From IMG/VR virus record IMGVR_UViG_3300046167_000869, positions 1,045 through 65,044 of that record: a DNA stretch of 64,000 nucleotides; one strand, given 5' to 3'. Shown piece after piece: positions 9,702-19,076 of this stretch. The DNA is from a virus (taxonomy: Duplodnaviria > Caudoviricetes). Numbering within the stretch: the first letter of the stretch is position 1; every line of letters begins with the position of its first letter. Both the position numbers and the translations under genes were made by a program. The notes under the pieces were generated by a model. That model saw nothing but the letters and a program-made list of their open reading frames with translations. It had not been told where the DNA came from and made no database searches.

Positions 9702-10075
9702 AAGTAACACTGCACCGGACAAGTGAAGTCACCAATGGCTCACTAGTACAGATAAACAATTCAAACGTAGCTGAGCCGCTAGCGACGCTCACGCTGAGCG
9801 GTGTAGCGACAAACTGCCGAACCGTCGAGATCCAAGAGACGCCAGAGTCGCCTCTCGAGACCGTGGCGGTCTGTGAGGTGGTGCTTGAGGGCGCGTGTCA
9901 AGCTCTGCTCAGCGGCTCAGCGCCCGCCGAGGGTGGGTACATTTACGCGGATGGAGCGCGTGTTTCACTTGTCGCGAGTGGCGAGCGCATCGGGCGATTA
10001 ATTCCGCGGGGTTGGTCCGCCCGCACACCATACGTTGATGGTGAGTTGGTCACATGCTTTATATGTGGCGTGTGA
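9698..10075 (+). CDS. Capsid cement/decoration-like small protein
   Basis: EVVLEGACQALLSGSAPAEGGYIYADG..GRLIP parallels EVTLAGAAWARAGAAIPAQGGWLSVD..GLIAP of 8031-8381. Confidence 0.55.
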   Translation: MKVTLHRTSEVTNGSLVQINNSNVAEPLATLTLSGVATNCRTVEIQETPESPLETVAVCEVVLEGACQALLSGSAPAEGGYIYADGARVSLVASGERIGRLIPRGWSARTPYVDGELVTCFICGV

Positions 10076-10338
10076 CCAAATCCTACCAAGCCGCCGGCGT
10101 AGCCTTCGCGCTCATTATCCTCTATATCTGCACAGAGAGCGCAGAGACAGCGACAGCGGGCGCCGTGATCGCAGCCGCCGCGACATCGCACCGAGAGCGA
10201 AAGAAGAGGATGGAGCGAGAGATAGAGCTCGCTGAGCGAAGCGCCCGGGATCAAGACGCAGAACGAGAGCGCGCCTCATCTGTGGCGCGCAGACAGGCAA
10301 CAGAGGAGGCTGAAGAGTGGCTAGATTCCCGATTTTGA
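10063..10338 (+). CDS. Membrane-anchored coiled-coil protein, spanin-like
   Basis: N-terminal hydrophobic segment followed by a charged helical region; lies upstream of a peptidoglycan hydrolase. Confidence 0.45.
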   Translation: MWRVTKSYQAAGVAFALIILYICTESAETATAGAVIAAAATSHRERKKRMEREIELAERSARDQDAERERASSVARRQATEEAEEWLDSRF

Positions 10339-10772
10339 GCGCGCTCTTACTCGCGCTAACGCCGGTCTCCACAGGGCTATGGACAAAGGCCACAGGCGAG
10401 GTCATCGAGGCCCCTTGCCCTGCGGATTTACGCGCCAGTGAGCCGGCACGCCTGCCGGAGCGATGCAGAGCACCGCGCGCGGGCGTTCTGATGAGCCCCG
10501 CGCTCTATACTCAGAGGGCGGGCGCGGTCGCGGCATTACGTGCGGAGAGAGACACGCTGAAGAGACAACTCGCAGAAACCCGCGCGCGGCACAAGCGCCT
10601 AGAAGACGCGGTGCGGAACATGATTTCAGAGCATGAGCTCGCGCTAAACGTGATCGCCGCCACCTGTACGACAACGGCGAAATGTTCAACTTTCAAGCCC
10701 GCCGCTATAGGCGCAGTGATCGCGGTGAGCGCGTGCGCTAGTGCGTGGGCTTCCTATGAATTTACAAGGTGA
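10317..10772 (+). CDS. Secreted/membrane protein, spanin-like
   Basis: Signal-like N-terminus, Cys residues, coiled coil and hydrophobic C-terminus; overlaps the preceding gene. Confidence 0.45.
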   Translation: MARFPILSALLLALTPVSTGLWTKATGEVIEAPCPADLRASEPARLPERCRAPRAGVLMSPALYTQRAGAVAALRAERDTLKRQLAETRARHKRLEDAVRNMISEHELALNVIAATCTTTAKCSTFKPAAIGAVIAVSACASAWASYEFTR

Positions 10773-10776
10773 GATA

Positions 10777-11397
10777 ATGGATCATGACACAAGAAGGGCT
10801 CAGCGAGCTCAAGCGATGAAAGAACTAGACCGAGACCGGCGCACAGCGCGCCCTACCGAACACGCGAGCGCGGAAGCCGGACAAGAGGCGCTTGAGCGAG
10901 CGCTTGAACAATGGCGAGAAGGGATCACTGAGCCGCGTGGTGAGGTCGCAACCGGCCCGATCTTAGAGCGGTACATCCAAGAGGGCGCTAAATGGACTTG
11001 GCAACAAGCCTACGAAAATAGGCGCTTCGCGTGGTGCGGTTGTTTCGCGGCGTGGTGTTGGATCAGCGTTTTACCCCAGCTCAGAAAAAAGAGTTTCCCA
11101 TCGACTTATCGCCTCCGTGAATGGGCGCGCGGAACACCTAGAGAAATCAAAGGTTTAGAGAACGCGCGCGCGGGTGATATCATGGTGATAGCGACTTCAA
11201 CCGGTAAACGTTGGGGAGACCACATCACGATCATTGACCGCGTAGAGGATGATTTAAGCGGTGTGTGGACGATCGAAGGCAACGCCTACGGTGAGACACC
11301 TACTGAAAATCGCGCTGAAGGTGTGGTAAGATGCTTTCGACCGATTGACAAAATCAAGTTTATTTATCGGCCTTTGGAGGTCGATCTAATCGAGTAA
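10777..11397 (+). CDS. CHAP/NlpC-type cysteine amidase-peptidase (putative endolysin)
   Basis: AWCGCFAAW (catalytic Cys), AGDI, DHITII (His) and TIEGN motifs. Confidence 0.8.
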   Translation: MDHDTRRAQRAQAMKELDRDRRTARPTEHASAEAGQEALERALEQWREGITEPRGEVATGPILERYIQEGAKWTWQQAYENRRFAWCGCFAAWCWISVLPQLRKKSFPSTYRLREWARGTPREIKGLENARAGDIMVIATSTGKRWGDHITIIDRVEDDLSGVWTIEGNAYGETPTENRAEGVVRCFRPIDKIKFIYRPLEVDLIE

Positions 11398-11409
11398 TAG
11401 TGAGGCGAC

Positions 11410-12897
11410 ATGAGCGACATACAAGAGACCATAGAGGCGTTGACGGACCTCGTAAAGGCCAAACCCGGCAAACCTCAAGCGTATGAGCTCAACCCTTACT
11501 CCACGGATCACAGCGCGCATTACAGCAGCGCTCTACTAGGAGATCAGCATCAGGGAACCACAGGCGCGCTGAGCTATGCGACGCTGAGAGCTCTAGCGCG
11601 CGTGCCTCTGATCAGCGGGATCATCCAAACTCGAATCTCTCAAATAGCCTCATTCGCACGCCCGCAACCGGACCGACACTCAGCCGGATTCGTGATCAGG
11701 CTGAGAGATCAATCCATGGAGCTCACAGACGAGCACCGAGAAGAGATCAAGGCTGTTACGTCATGGCTCATGACGTGCGGAGACGCGCGCGTAGTGGGCT
11801 ACCAGACGCTTGAGAACTTTTTACGCGCGATCACACGTGATAGCCTAACTCTTGACCAATGTTGTTTTGAGATCATCCACAAAGGAGGGCGCCCCGTCGC
11901 ATTTAAGTCGGTGGATAGCGCGACCATACGCCGCGCCGCGCCTACAGAGGCCGAGATCAAAGCAGGTCAACGAGACCCCAAGAAAACGGCATATTGCCAA
12001 GTGCTTGATAACCGCATAGTAGCCGAGTTTGACGCGGATCAGATGGCGTTCGGAATCAGACGCCCGCGCTCTGATCTAAGCTCTAATGGGTACGGATACC
12101 CTGAGATAGAAGAGGCCGCGCCAACGATCATAGACATGGTGAGGGCGAAGGCTTACAACAGCGCTAACTTTACTCACGGCCTGCATTTATCAGGAATCCT
12201 AGCGATTAAGTCTAAGATGAGCCCCGCGCTCTTCAGGGCGTTTAGGCGTGAGTTTTATTCCATGCTGCAAGGAGGGAGCGGTGCCAAAAAGACACCGATT
12301 ATCCAACTCGACCCAGAGGCAAAAGAAGAGGTACAATCCGTCAACATGACGAACTCAAATTCTGATATGGAGTATAGTAGTTGGCTCAACTTCCTCATTA
12401 AAGAGGTATGCGCCCTGTATCAGATGGACCCCGCCGAGCTTGGCTATGTGTTCGGCAATGAAGGACAGTCAAGCGCGCTCAACCAAGGGGGGCCCGGTCA
12501 GCGTATTGAGTATTCAAAGGAGAAGGGGCTGAGACCTCTGCTCAGGGCGCTTGAGACGTGGCTCAATAGATGGCTTGTCACGCCCCTAGCACCTCACTTA
12601 GAGCTCAGTTTCGTGGGGCTCGATGTAGAGAGCGAGACACAGCGCCTAGACGCGATCTCAAAAAAGGTGAACAGTTATATGACGGTCAACGAAGCCCGCG
12701 CGGCGTTTGACCTTGAGCCTATTGATAACCCCGTGGCTGATATGCTCCTGAATCCTTCTTACATCAACGCGGCGCAGATGGCCGGCGCCGGTGAGGGTGA
12801 AGAGGATGAGGGAGAAGAGATCCCAGGTCTAACACGCCCCGCAGAGCCCGCAGACACAGACGAAGACATTGAGATTGATGAGGAGTTCGGAGCATGA
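11410..12897 (+). CDS. Portal protein
   Basis: RDSLTLDQ, VDSATIR, GYGYPEIE, DMEYSSWLNFLIKEVCALYQMDPAELG, KGLRPLL and TVNEARA are typical of SPO1/K-like portals. Confidence 0.92.
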   Translation: MSDIQETIEALTDLVKAKPGKPQAYELNPYSTDHSAHYSSALLGDQHQGTTGALSYATLRALARVPLISGIIQTRISQIASFARPQPDRHSAGFVIRLRDQSMELTDEHREEIKAVTSWLMTCGDARVVGYQTLENFLRAITRDSLTLDQCCFEIIHKGGRPVAFKSVDSATIRRAAPTEAEIKAGQRDPKKTAYCQVLDNRIVAEFDADQMAFGIRRPRSDLSSNGYGYPEIEEAAPTIIDMVRAKAYNSANFTHGLHLSGILAIKSKMSPALFRAFRREFYSMLQGGSGAKKTPIIQLDPEAKEEVQSVNMTNSNSDMEYSSWLNFLIKEVCALYQMDPAELGYVFGNEGQSSALNQGGPGQRIEYSKEKGLRPLLRALETWLNRWLVTPLAPHLELSFVGLDVESETQRLDAISKKVNSYMTVNEARAAFDLEPIDNPVADMLLNPSYINAAQMAGAGEGEEDEGEEIPGLTRPAEPADTDEDIEIDEEFGA

Positions 12898-15800
12898 ATA
12901 TGAATATGATCACAAAAGGTTATCAAGACGTACCCATGACGAGGCGACGCGCTCAACTGTTAGAAGAGTACGCGGGTAAGCTCGCTGATATGTTAGAGGC
13001 CGCGCCCAACGATAAAGATCTAGCCGAGTGGGTACAGGCAAAGATTGACCGCGCCGCCGCCGCGATCCAGAGCGCTTATCATTATCTTGATCAAGAGGAT
13101 GAGAGCGAGCTTGAGAAGGCGCGCGTGTTAAAATATGACTACCGCCGCCCATCGAAAACGCGCTTTAACAAGAAGACAGGTAAGCGCGAGTGGGATTATT
13201 TTTACGCGAAGAAACACGGCGCGCGCGTGACCCGCGGCGCCTTTGAAGCGGGCGCAGCGTTCAGGATGACATTCAAAGGACGTAAGGGACATTTCCATAT
13301 CCATCATGTGAAAGGTGATCAGGTCTTCATTACGCACGACTCACGCCCCGATATGGAGCCTATACCGGTTCAAGCCGATGAGCTCAGAGCGCTCTTAGAG
13401 CGCCAACACAAGCGCGAGGTAGATCAACACCTCAAGCGCAAGACGCGCAAAGTAGAGGAGATCAAGCGCCGAGCTCACAGAGGCGGGCTAGGCCTCGCGC
13501 TCCATCGACTCAGACAAGCGGCAGCTCAAGCGGGCGTGAGCTTACCTGAGCAGTATCAGAGGAAGCCTAAGAAGACACGCGCGCCGGTTGCAGAGACGGC
13601 GCGTGAGACTGAGACGGCGCCACAGGCCGGGGCGGGTGAGGTATCCTTTCAAGGCGTGTATCAGCGATTCCTTGAGGAACGCGCCGAGCTACCTAAGCCG
13701 AGGAAGGGCCGCAGAGATACGCGCGGTATAGATGCATTGAGAGCTTTATCTGATCAAGAGCTCAAGGCACTTAATGAGGGATATAAAAATGAAGAGTCGA
13801 AGCTTGAGCAGATAAAAGCAAAAAGCCGCCCCTTGTTTGAAGCTTACTCTAAAGAGGACCTAGAACTTGGGGCAGAGATAGAAGAAAAATCAAGAGCCTA
13901 TAGACGTATGCGTGTAGGAGAGCGCGAAGCGAGAAGACAGGCGCGAGCAGAGATAGGAGCGCTGAAGAGAAGGCGCGAGGAATCAAACAATGCATGGGGC
14001 GACCTAAACGCACAGCGGAAACAAGAGATTGAGAACGAGATACACGCTCTCATAAAACCCGCAACAAACCTAGGCATCTCAGGGGATAGCATAGGGCGAG
14101 AGATAGCGAGGCGGCTAGATGAGCGCGCTCAAGCGATCATAGAGGAAGCCACCACGCCAAGAGACCAACTAACCTCGGCAGCTCAACAGATCATAGCGGA
14201 CGCGAACCAAGAGCACGAAGAGCGCCATGAGGAACACCAAGAGATCACGCGCTTTGAGCTAGGGGAGCATGTACACACGAAGACCGGCGCTAAGCTCTTC
14301 ACGGCGAAGCAGACCGAGCGCGTTGATCGAGATGAGTATTCTAGGCGCGTAGAGATCGCGAAGAAGTACCGAGGGCGCTATGAGCGGCGCTATGTACGCG
14401 GCTTCGTCTTCCAGAACGCTGACGACGCGCGCGCGTTCGCGCTAGAGGTAGAGGGCGCAACACAAGAGGCGCCTGAGACGAGCGCGGAGACAGTGACACC
14501 GCACGAGGACCACCCGAGCGCGGATAACTTCGAGACGATGCCAGAGGTTGAGAGCGCAGAAGACAGAACACGCGGAGACCTCAAAAGTAAACAGCAGGCG
14601 CTTGATCTCCTGAGACGCTCAGAGCAAGAGGACGAGCTTAAGGGGAGACGGAGAGCGAAGGGCGCAGGAACCGCAGACAAGGCGCTTATGCGCGCAGTAC
14701 GAGAGATCCTTAAGCGCCCCGACCCTACACAGGATCTCGATGAACGCGACCGACAGCGTTTACGCGATAGCCTATTCTCTTTAGAAGAGGCACAGCGCCC
14801 CAACAAATACATGAACGCGCAGAGATCAAAGGAGAAGCGGCAGAGAGCGCGCGCTACCATTAAAGAGATCCTAGACCAACAGGTCAGGATGATATCAGAA
14901 GCGCTCAGCCCTACACCGATACCACAGACACCCGCGCCGGAGCCGACCACACCCAGCACGCGCCCCGCTAGCGCGTATTATGGCAGGGCGACGAAGAAGC
15001 TAGTTGATCAAGCGCTCTCCACAGAGCCGACAGGCTTTGACCCTAAGAGGAGCGGTATAGACTTACCTACGAAGGGCGATCTAAGAGAGATGCTCTCTCA
15101 AGAGCAGAGACTAGAGCGCGCTAAAGAGGATCTTAGGCAAGTAGGCGTAAAGTATTTCCCCTCATCCCCAGCAGACCCACGATCAGACATCATGTTTGCT
15201 CTAAGTGGTTACTTGAACGGGCCTTATGTAGAGCTTGAGCAAGAGCGAATAAGAGAGATGGAGAGAGGTTTAAAGATCGCTCTCAGAGACTCCAAGGGCG
15301 AAGAACTAGAGCAGGTGAAAGACGAGACAGCGCGCTTTTGGCGCGAATGGGGAGGCGAGTATAAGCGCCTTCAGAGGGAGCTTGTCACAGAGCGCACACA
15401 AGGCGAAGCGCTCAGGAACATTAGGCCGCTTATCCCGGACTATGTTCTAACACCTGAGATCAATCAGCTACTAGATCAGATGGAGCGGGAGCTAGATCAA
15501 AAACCGGTATCAGGTAAGGAGGTCTCAGAGTGGATATCCACAAGAGACACCAACGAGGCTACAAGAGACAGGCAACCAACCACACCCCGCGAGCAGTTAA
15601 CCGAGACCGCGCTTGAACCAAAGCTAAATTTAAAGCAAATCAGAGCGCGCGAGGCGCTCAAAAGAGCGCAAGGCGCCCTGACGAGGATCAAGGCAGGTAA
15701 CCGCTCTGATAAGCTCACAGCGACAGGGAGACGCGCGCGCGCTTCAATCAACGCTGATAAGGAGCTCATCGAGGCGATAGAGAGGATCATTGAGCGGGAT

Positions 15801-18767
15801 TATCGCGAGATGGAGAGACCTCTACCATCAGACATCAATCAACGCACATCTCAACAGGATAATTTCGCGAAGCTCAGAGGTGCCTTGAACGGATTCAAGA
15901 GTTCACAGACACTCACACGCGGATCATGGACAGATGATCATGAGAGCTTAAAAAAGAAGCGGATCAAGTCACGAAGCGAGATTGAAGACGCGATCAAAAA
16001 TCTTGAGGCGCGATCTCGTGAAGAGCTCCAGACTCAGACCCAAACAAATATCGAAGACCTACCACCCAAAGGACAGCGCACAGCGGAGGACGCTAAGCGC
16101 TTCTTTGGTGAGCCAAGCAAAAATGAGGCGATTAAGCGCGTTACTTATGAGCGAGACGGGCACATTGTCACAGGCCCCGCGAGCGGAAGAGGGAAAGGGA
16201 AGTTTAGATATGATCTAAGTTTACCCCGCGAGCGCTTTAGAGATGAACCTCTACTCGCGACCGCGCAGAGTTCAAACGAGATCGGAACCTACGACACGCT
16301 AGACGAAGCGCTAACCGCAGCGATCAATCAATATGAGCCATCTGATCAGATCATTGACCGAATGATCGAGAGCGCGAAAGAGGAGCGCGAGCGCACAGCC
16401 CAGAGAATGGGAGTGACACCCCGCGAGCAGTTAACCGAGACCGCGCGCGAGGTGACACAGGGCGCTGATAACTTTGCGACGATGCCAGAGGTTGAGGCGC
16501 CGGCGCGTGAGCAACTCATAGAGACAGCGGAGCAGGCCACAGCGCCGAGCTCACCGCTCGACATTGATCAAGCAAACGCTCAGGACACCTTGACCGAGAA
16601 CCGCACGCGAGCACCTGAGAGCAAGGCGGCAGACAAGGCGCTTATCGAGAGCGCGCGTGAGCTCGCGAAGACCTCAGAGCGAGGGGAGGAGATCAAGAGC
16701 GCGCTAGTTGACCTCATGAACGCTCAACAGCTCAAGCGTTATAAGCGCGCAACCGGAGATACACGCGCCCGCGCTGAAGACATGATTGAGAAGCGACGAG
16801 AGGCGCGCGAGCGCTTAAGAGCCGCGACATCAGGCGAGGTGATCAATAACTTTGAGACGATGCCAGAGGTTGAGGCGCAGCCTAAGAAGCGTAGCGGGCC
16901 TGATATCAGCCGATATAAGCGCGCGTTGAGTCTCGCGAAGAAAGCCGAGCGACTAGACAAGCTCAAGAACAACCGACGCTCAAAGGCATCAAGAGAGGCA
17001 GATCAAGCGCTTATCAGCATCGCCCAAGAGATCTTAGAGAAAGATCTCGGAGACGTGGAAGTGAGAACCATCTATCGCAAACCTTCAACAATGTGGACCC
17101 GCGAAGAGAGCTTAAAGGTTGCAATAGGTGCCATGGCAGGAGAGCTTAAGACGCGACAAAGAGCCCTAGGAGGTAGAGGGGGAGCGGAACAAGCGCAAGA
17201 GCTCAGAGTAGACGCACGTGAGAAGCTTATTGACGCGATCCAAGAGCACGTTGACCGCTTCTTACCTGATGAAGTGATCGACGCTCGACTTGACAGAGAC
17301 CTCGCACGAGACGCCCGCGAGACCGCAAAGCAAGAGGCGCGAGAGGCTCAAGAGGCGAGACAGTATCAACAAAAGACATTCACGCCAGAGATCCAAAGCG
17401 CGATTGATAATCTTCGCCACCCATACCAGAAAACGCGCGTAGACTCTTTTGAGAGCCACTTCAAGACACGGAAAGACGGGGGAGTCTTTAGAGCGACCCT
17501 CGCGCCAAAAGATATCGCTGTTAAGATCACCTCAAGTTTACCGAGAGAGATCAATCAGTTTATCGCAGGCAAAAGCAAAAGCACATTGAGCTCTGAGATC
17601 GCAGCTGTTATCGAGCAAGGGTTAGAGGATCGAAAGACACCCGCAGAGCTTAAAGACGCGATAGGTGAAACCGTCACAGCCTACGCGGAAGATAACGCAG
17701 TTATAGACAAAGAGAGCATCTCTTCATCTAAGGCGATTATAGAGCTCGATAGAAACATCACAGCTCTGACAGGCACAGGTTTGTTTGACGGAGACAGTTC
17801 CCGACGAGAAGAGAGATTCCGAAGGCTTCCTTTTATCGGGCTTGAAAGGCTTAAGAATGATATGGGAGATATTAACGAGAGGATAAAAGCGAGCGTTTCA
17901 ATGAGGCATGTGTTCACACGCAGACTCAGCGAGCGTATGGAGAAATACGAAGTAGGGCTACCTAATCGCGTGAGGTTTAACTCTTCAGGGCCAGAGGTAA
18001 TAACTGCTGTTTACGCAGAAGCCTACCCTACAGTGGGAGACATAAGAGAGAATATCTCAGAGATTAGAGACGAGCTACGAGCAATGATCACAGACGGCTT
18101 AAACGGGGTGACAAATGGCGTTGCAAACCCAGAAGTTATCTTTAACAGGATCAAGAGCGGGTACGAGAAAGCCACAGAGCAGAAAAACAAAGACAGAGAG
18201 GACCATCTCGATAGAGCGAAAAAGCTTGCACAATACACAGATGATCCACAAGCGCACCTCTCAGAAGTACAAGAGCGAGAGCGCAAAAGCGCACAAGAGA
18301 TCTCAGAGCAGTTGGAGACTAATCGAGAGTTTGCAGACGCATATAGCCATGAGGCAGCAAAGATCATCGAGGACGCAACAGAGAACACAAAAGGAGAGCT
18401 CATAGAGAATCTACTTGAAAGCCGTAGTAGCTATCAGCTCAAAGCACCAATAGAAGGCAAAGCGAACCGTAAGCTTATGGCGCGGATATTCAATGAGGTA
18501 TTTGAGCAGGTGACGCGAGAAATTAGAGATGAGCCGATTGAGCGAGGAGAGAAGCACCCGCGCAACATCGCAGACACTGTAAAGAAGCCATCGAAGACAC
18601 CCACGCAGTTTAGAGGCGACATCGAGCGCGCAGACGAAGAGAAGATGGCGCGAAAGCTCGCAGAGCGCGAAGCACGCCGAGCCCGCCGAGTCCAAAAGAG
18701 CGCCCGCCCCCTGATCACCTACCGAGCGCAGTTGACCCAGACCGTTGAGCGGCTGACAGCGGCATGA
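12894..18767 (+). CDS. Very large (1957 aa) modular putative head-packaged/ejected protein
   Basis: Follows the portal. ELEKA site precedes an N-terminal domain shared with 23689 and 26235. Charged helical modules are separated by repeated linkers. Confidence 0.75.
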   Translation: MNMNMITKGYQDVPMTRRRAQLLEEYAGKLADMLEAAPNDKDLAEWVQAKIDRAAAAIQSAYHYLDQEDESELEKARVLKYDYRRPSKTRFNKKTGKREWDYFYAKKHGARVTRGAFEAGAAFRMTFKGRKGHFHIHHVKGDQVFITHDSRPDMEPIPVQADELRALLERQHKREVDQHLKRKTRKVEEIKRRAHRGGLGLALHRLRQAAAQAGVSLPEQYQRKPKKTRAPVAETARETETAPQAGAGEVSFQGVYQRFLEERAELPKPRKGRRDTRGIDALRALSDQELKALNEGYKNEESKLEQIKAKSRPLFEAYSKEDLELGAEIEEKSRAYRRMRVGEREARRQARAEIGALKRRREESNNAWGDLNAQRKQEIENEIHALIKPATNLGISGDSIGREIARRLDERAQAIIEEATTPRDQLTSAAQQIIADANQEHEERHEEHQEITRFELGEHVHTKTGAKLFTAKQTERVDRDEYSRRVEIAKKYRGRYERRYVRGFVFQNADDARAFALEVEGATQEAPETSAETVTPHEDHPSADNFETMPEVESAEDRTRGDLKSKQQALDLLRRSEQEDELKGRRRAKGAGTADKALMRAVREILKRPDPTQDLDERDRQRLRDSLFSLEEAQRPNKYMNAQRSKEKRQRARATIKEILDQQVRMISEALSPTPIPQTPAPEPTTPSTRPASAYYGRATKKLVDQALSTEPTGFDPKRSGIDLPTKGDLREMLSQEQRLERAKEDLRQVGVKYFPSSPADPRSDIMFALSGYLNGPYVELEQERIREMERGLKIALRDSKGEELEQVKDETARFWREWGGEYKRLQRELVTERTQGEALRNIRPLIPDYVLTPEINQLLDQMERELDQKPVSGKEVSEWISTRDTNEATRDRQPTTPREQLTETALEPKLNLKQIRAREALKRAQGALTRIKAGNRSDKLTATGRRARASINADKELIEAIERIIERDYREMERPLPSDINQRTSQQDNFAKLRGALNGFKSSQTLTRGSWTDDHESLKKKRIKSRSEIEDAIKNLEARSREELQTQTQTNIEDLPPKGQRTAEDAKRFFGEPSKNEAIKRVTYERDGHIVTGPASGRGKGKFRYDLSLPRERFRDEPLLATAQSSNEIGTYDTLDEALTAAINQYEPSDQIIDRMIESAKEERERTAQRMGVTPREQLTETAREVTQGADNFATMPEVEAPAREQLIETAEQATAPSSPLDIDQANAQDTLTENRTRAPESKAADKALIESARELAKTSERGEEIKSALVDLMNAQQLKRYKRATGDTRARAEDMIEKRREARERLRAATSGEVINNFETMPEVEAQPKKRSGPDISRYKRALSLAKKAERLDKLKNNRRSKASREADQALISIAQEILEKDLGDVEVRTIYRKPSTMWTREESLKVAIGAMAGELKTRQRALGGRGGAEQAQELRVDAREKLIDAIQEHVDRFLPDEVIDARLDRDLARDARETAKQEAREAQEARQYQQKTFTPEIQSAIDNLRHPYQKTRVDSFESHFKTRKDGGVFRATLAPKDIAVKITSSLPREINQFIAGKSKSTLSSEIAAVIEQGLEDRKTPAELKDAIGETVTAYAEDNAVIDKESISSSKAIIELDRNITALTGTGLFDGDSSRREERFRRLPFIGLERLKNDMGDINERIKASVSMRHVFTRRLSERMEKYEVGLPNRVRFNSSGPEVITAVYAEAYPTVGDIRENISEIRDELRAMITDGLNGVTNGVANPEVIFNRIKSGYEKATEQKNKDREDHLDRAKKLAQYTDDPQAHLSEVQERERKSAQEISEQLETNREFADAYSHEAAKIIEDATENTKGELIENLLESRSSYQLKAPIEGKANRKLMARIFNEVFEQVTREIRDEPIERGEKHPRNIADTVKKPSKTPTQFRGDIERADEEKMARKLAEREARRARRVQKSARPLITYRAQLTQTVERLTAA

Positions 18768-19015
18768 AACGGATCATCCATGTAAACCAGCACACTATCA
18801 GACGAAACCTTAAGACGGGCGCGCGCGCCCCCGTTCTGACGTGTAAAACCTACAAGTCGAATGATTACGCGCACGAGATTGAGCTTGTACATAATGGTGA
18901 GGTTGTCGCTCGCGTGATCTACTCGCCCGATAAGCCGCTCTCTTGTGGCGCGCGTGTGTGGATCGAAACAGACACTGATCAGGTAGAGGTCAAGCTAGTG
19001 ACACACGAGACTTGA
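18764..19015 (+). CDS. Conserved phage hypothetical protein
   Basis: IHVNQH, YSPDKPLSCGARVWIET motif pattern; ATGA overlap with the upstream gene. Confidence 0.75.
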   Translation: MKRIIHVNQHTIRRNLKTGARAPVLTCKTYKSNDYAHEIELVHNGEVVARVIYSPDKPLSCGARVWIETDTDQVEVKLVTHET

Positions 19016-19076
19016 TCTCTCTCTCTCTCCTGCTTTAAGGTGAGCGTTCACCCTTGATTAAAGGAGAGAGAGAGAT
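19015..19076 (+). promoter_or_regulatory. Long RNA hairpin sequestering the nrdJ Shine-Dalgarno and start
   Basis: tctctctctctcct (19018-19031) is complementary to aggagagagagaga (19062-19075), with inner stems ttaa/ttaa and ggtga/tcacc. Confidence 0.7.

Noticed and set aside
19015-19076. Cobalamin riboswitch upstream of nrdJ
   Set aside because: The gap is too short and lacks a B12 box; a simple hairpin explains it.
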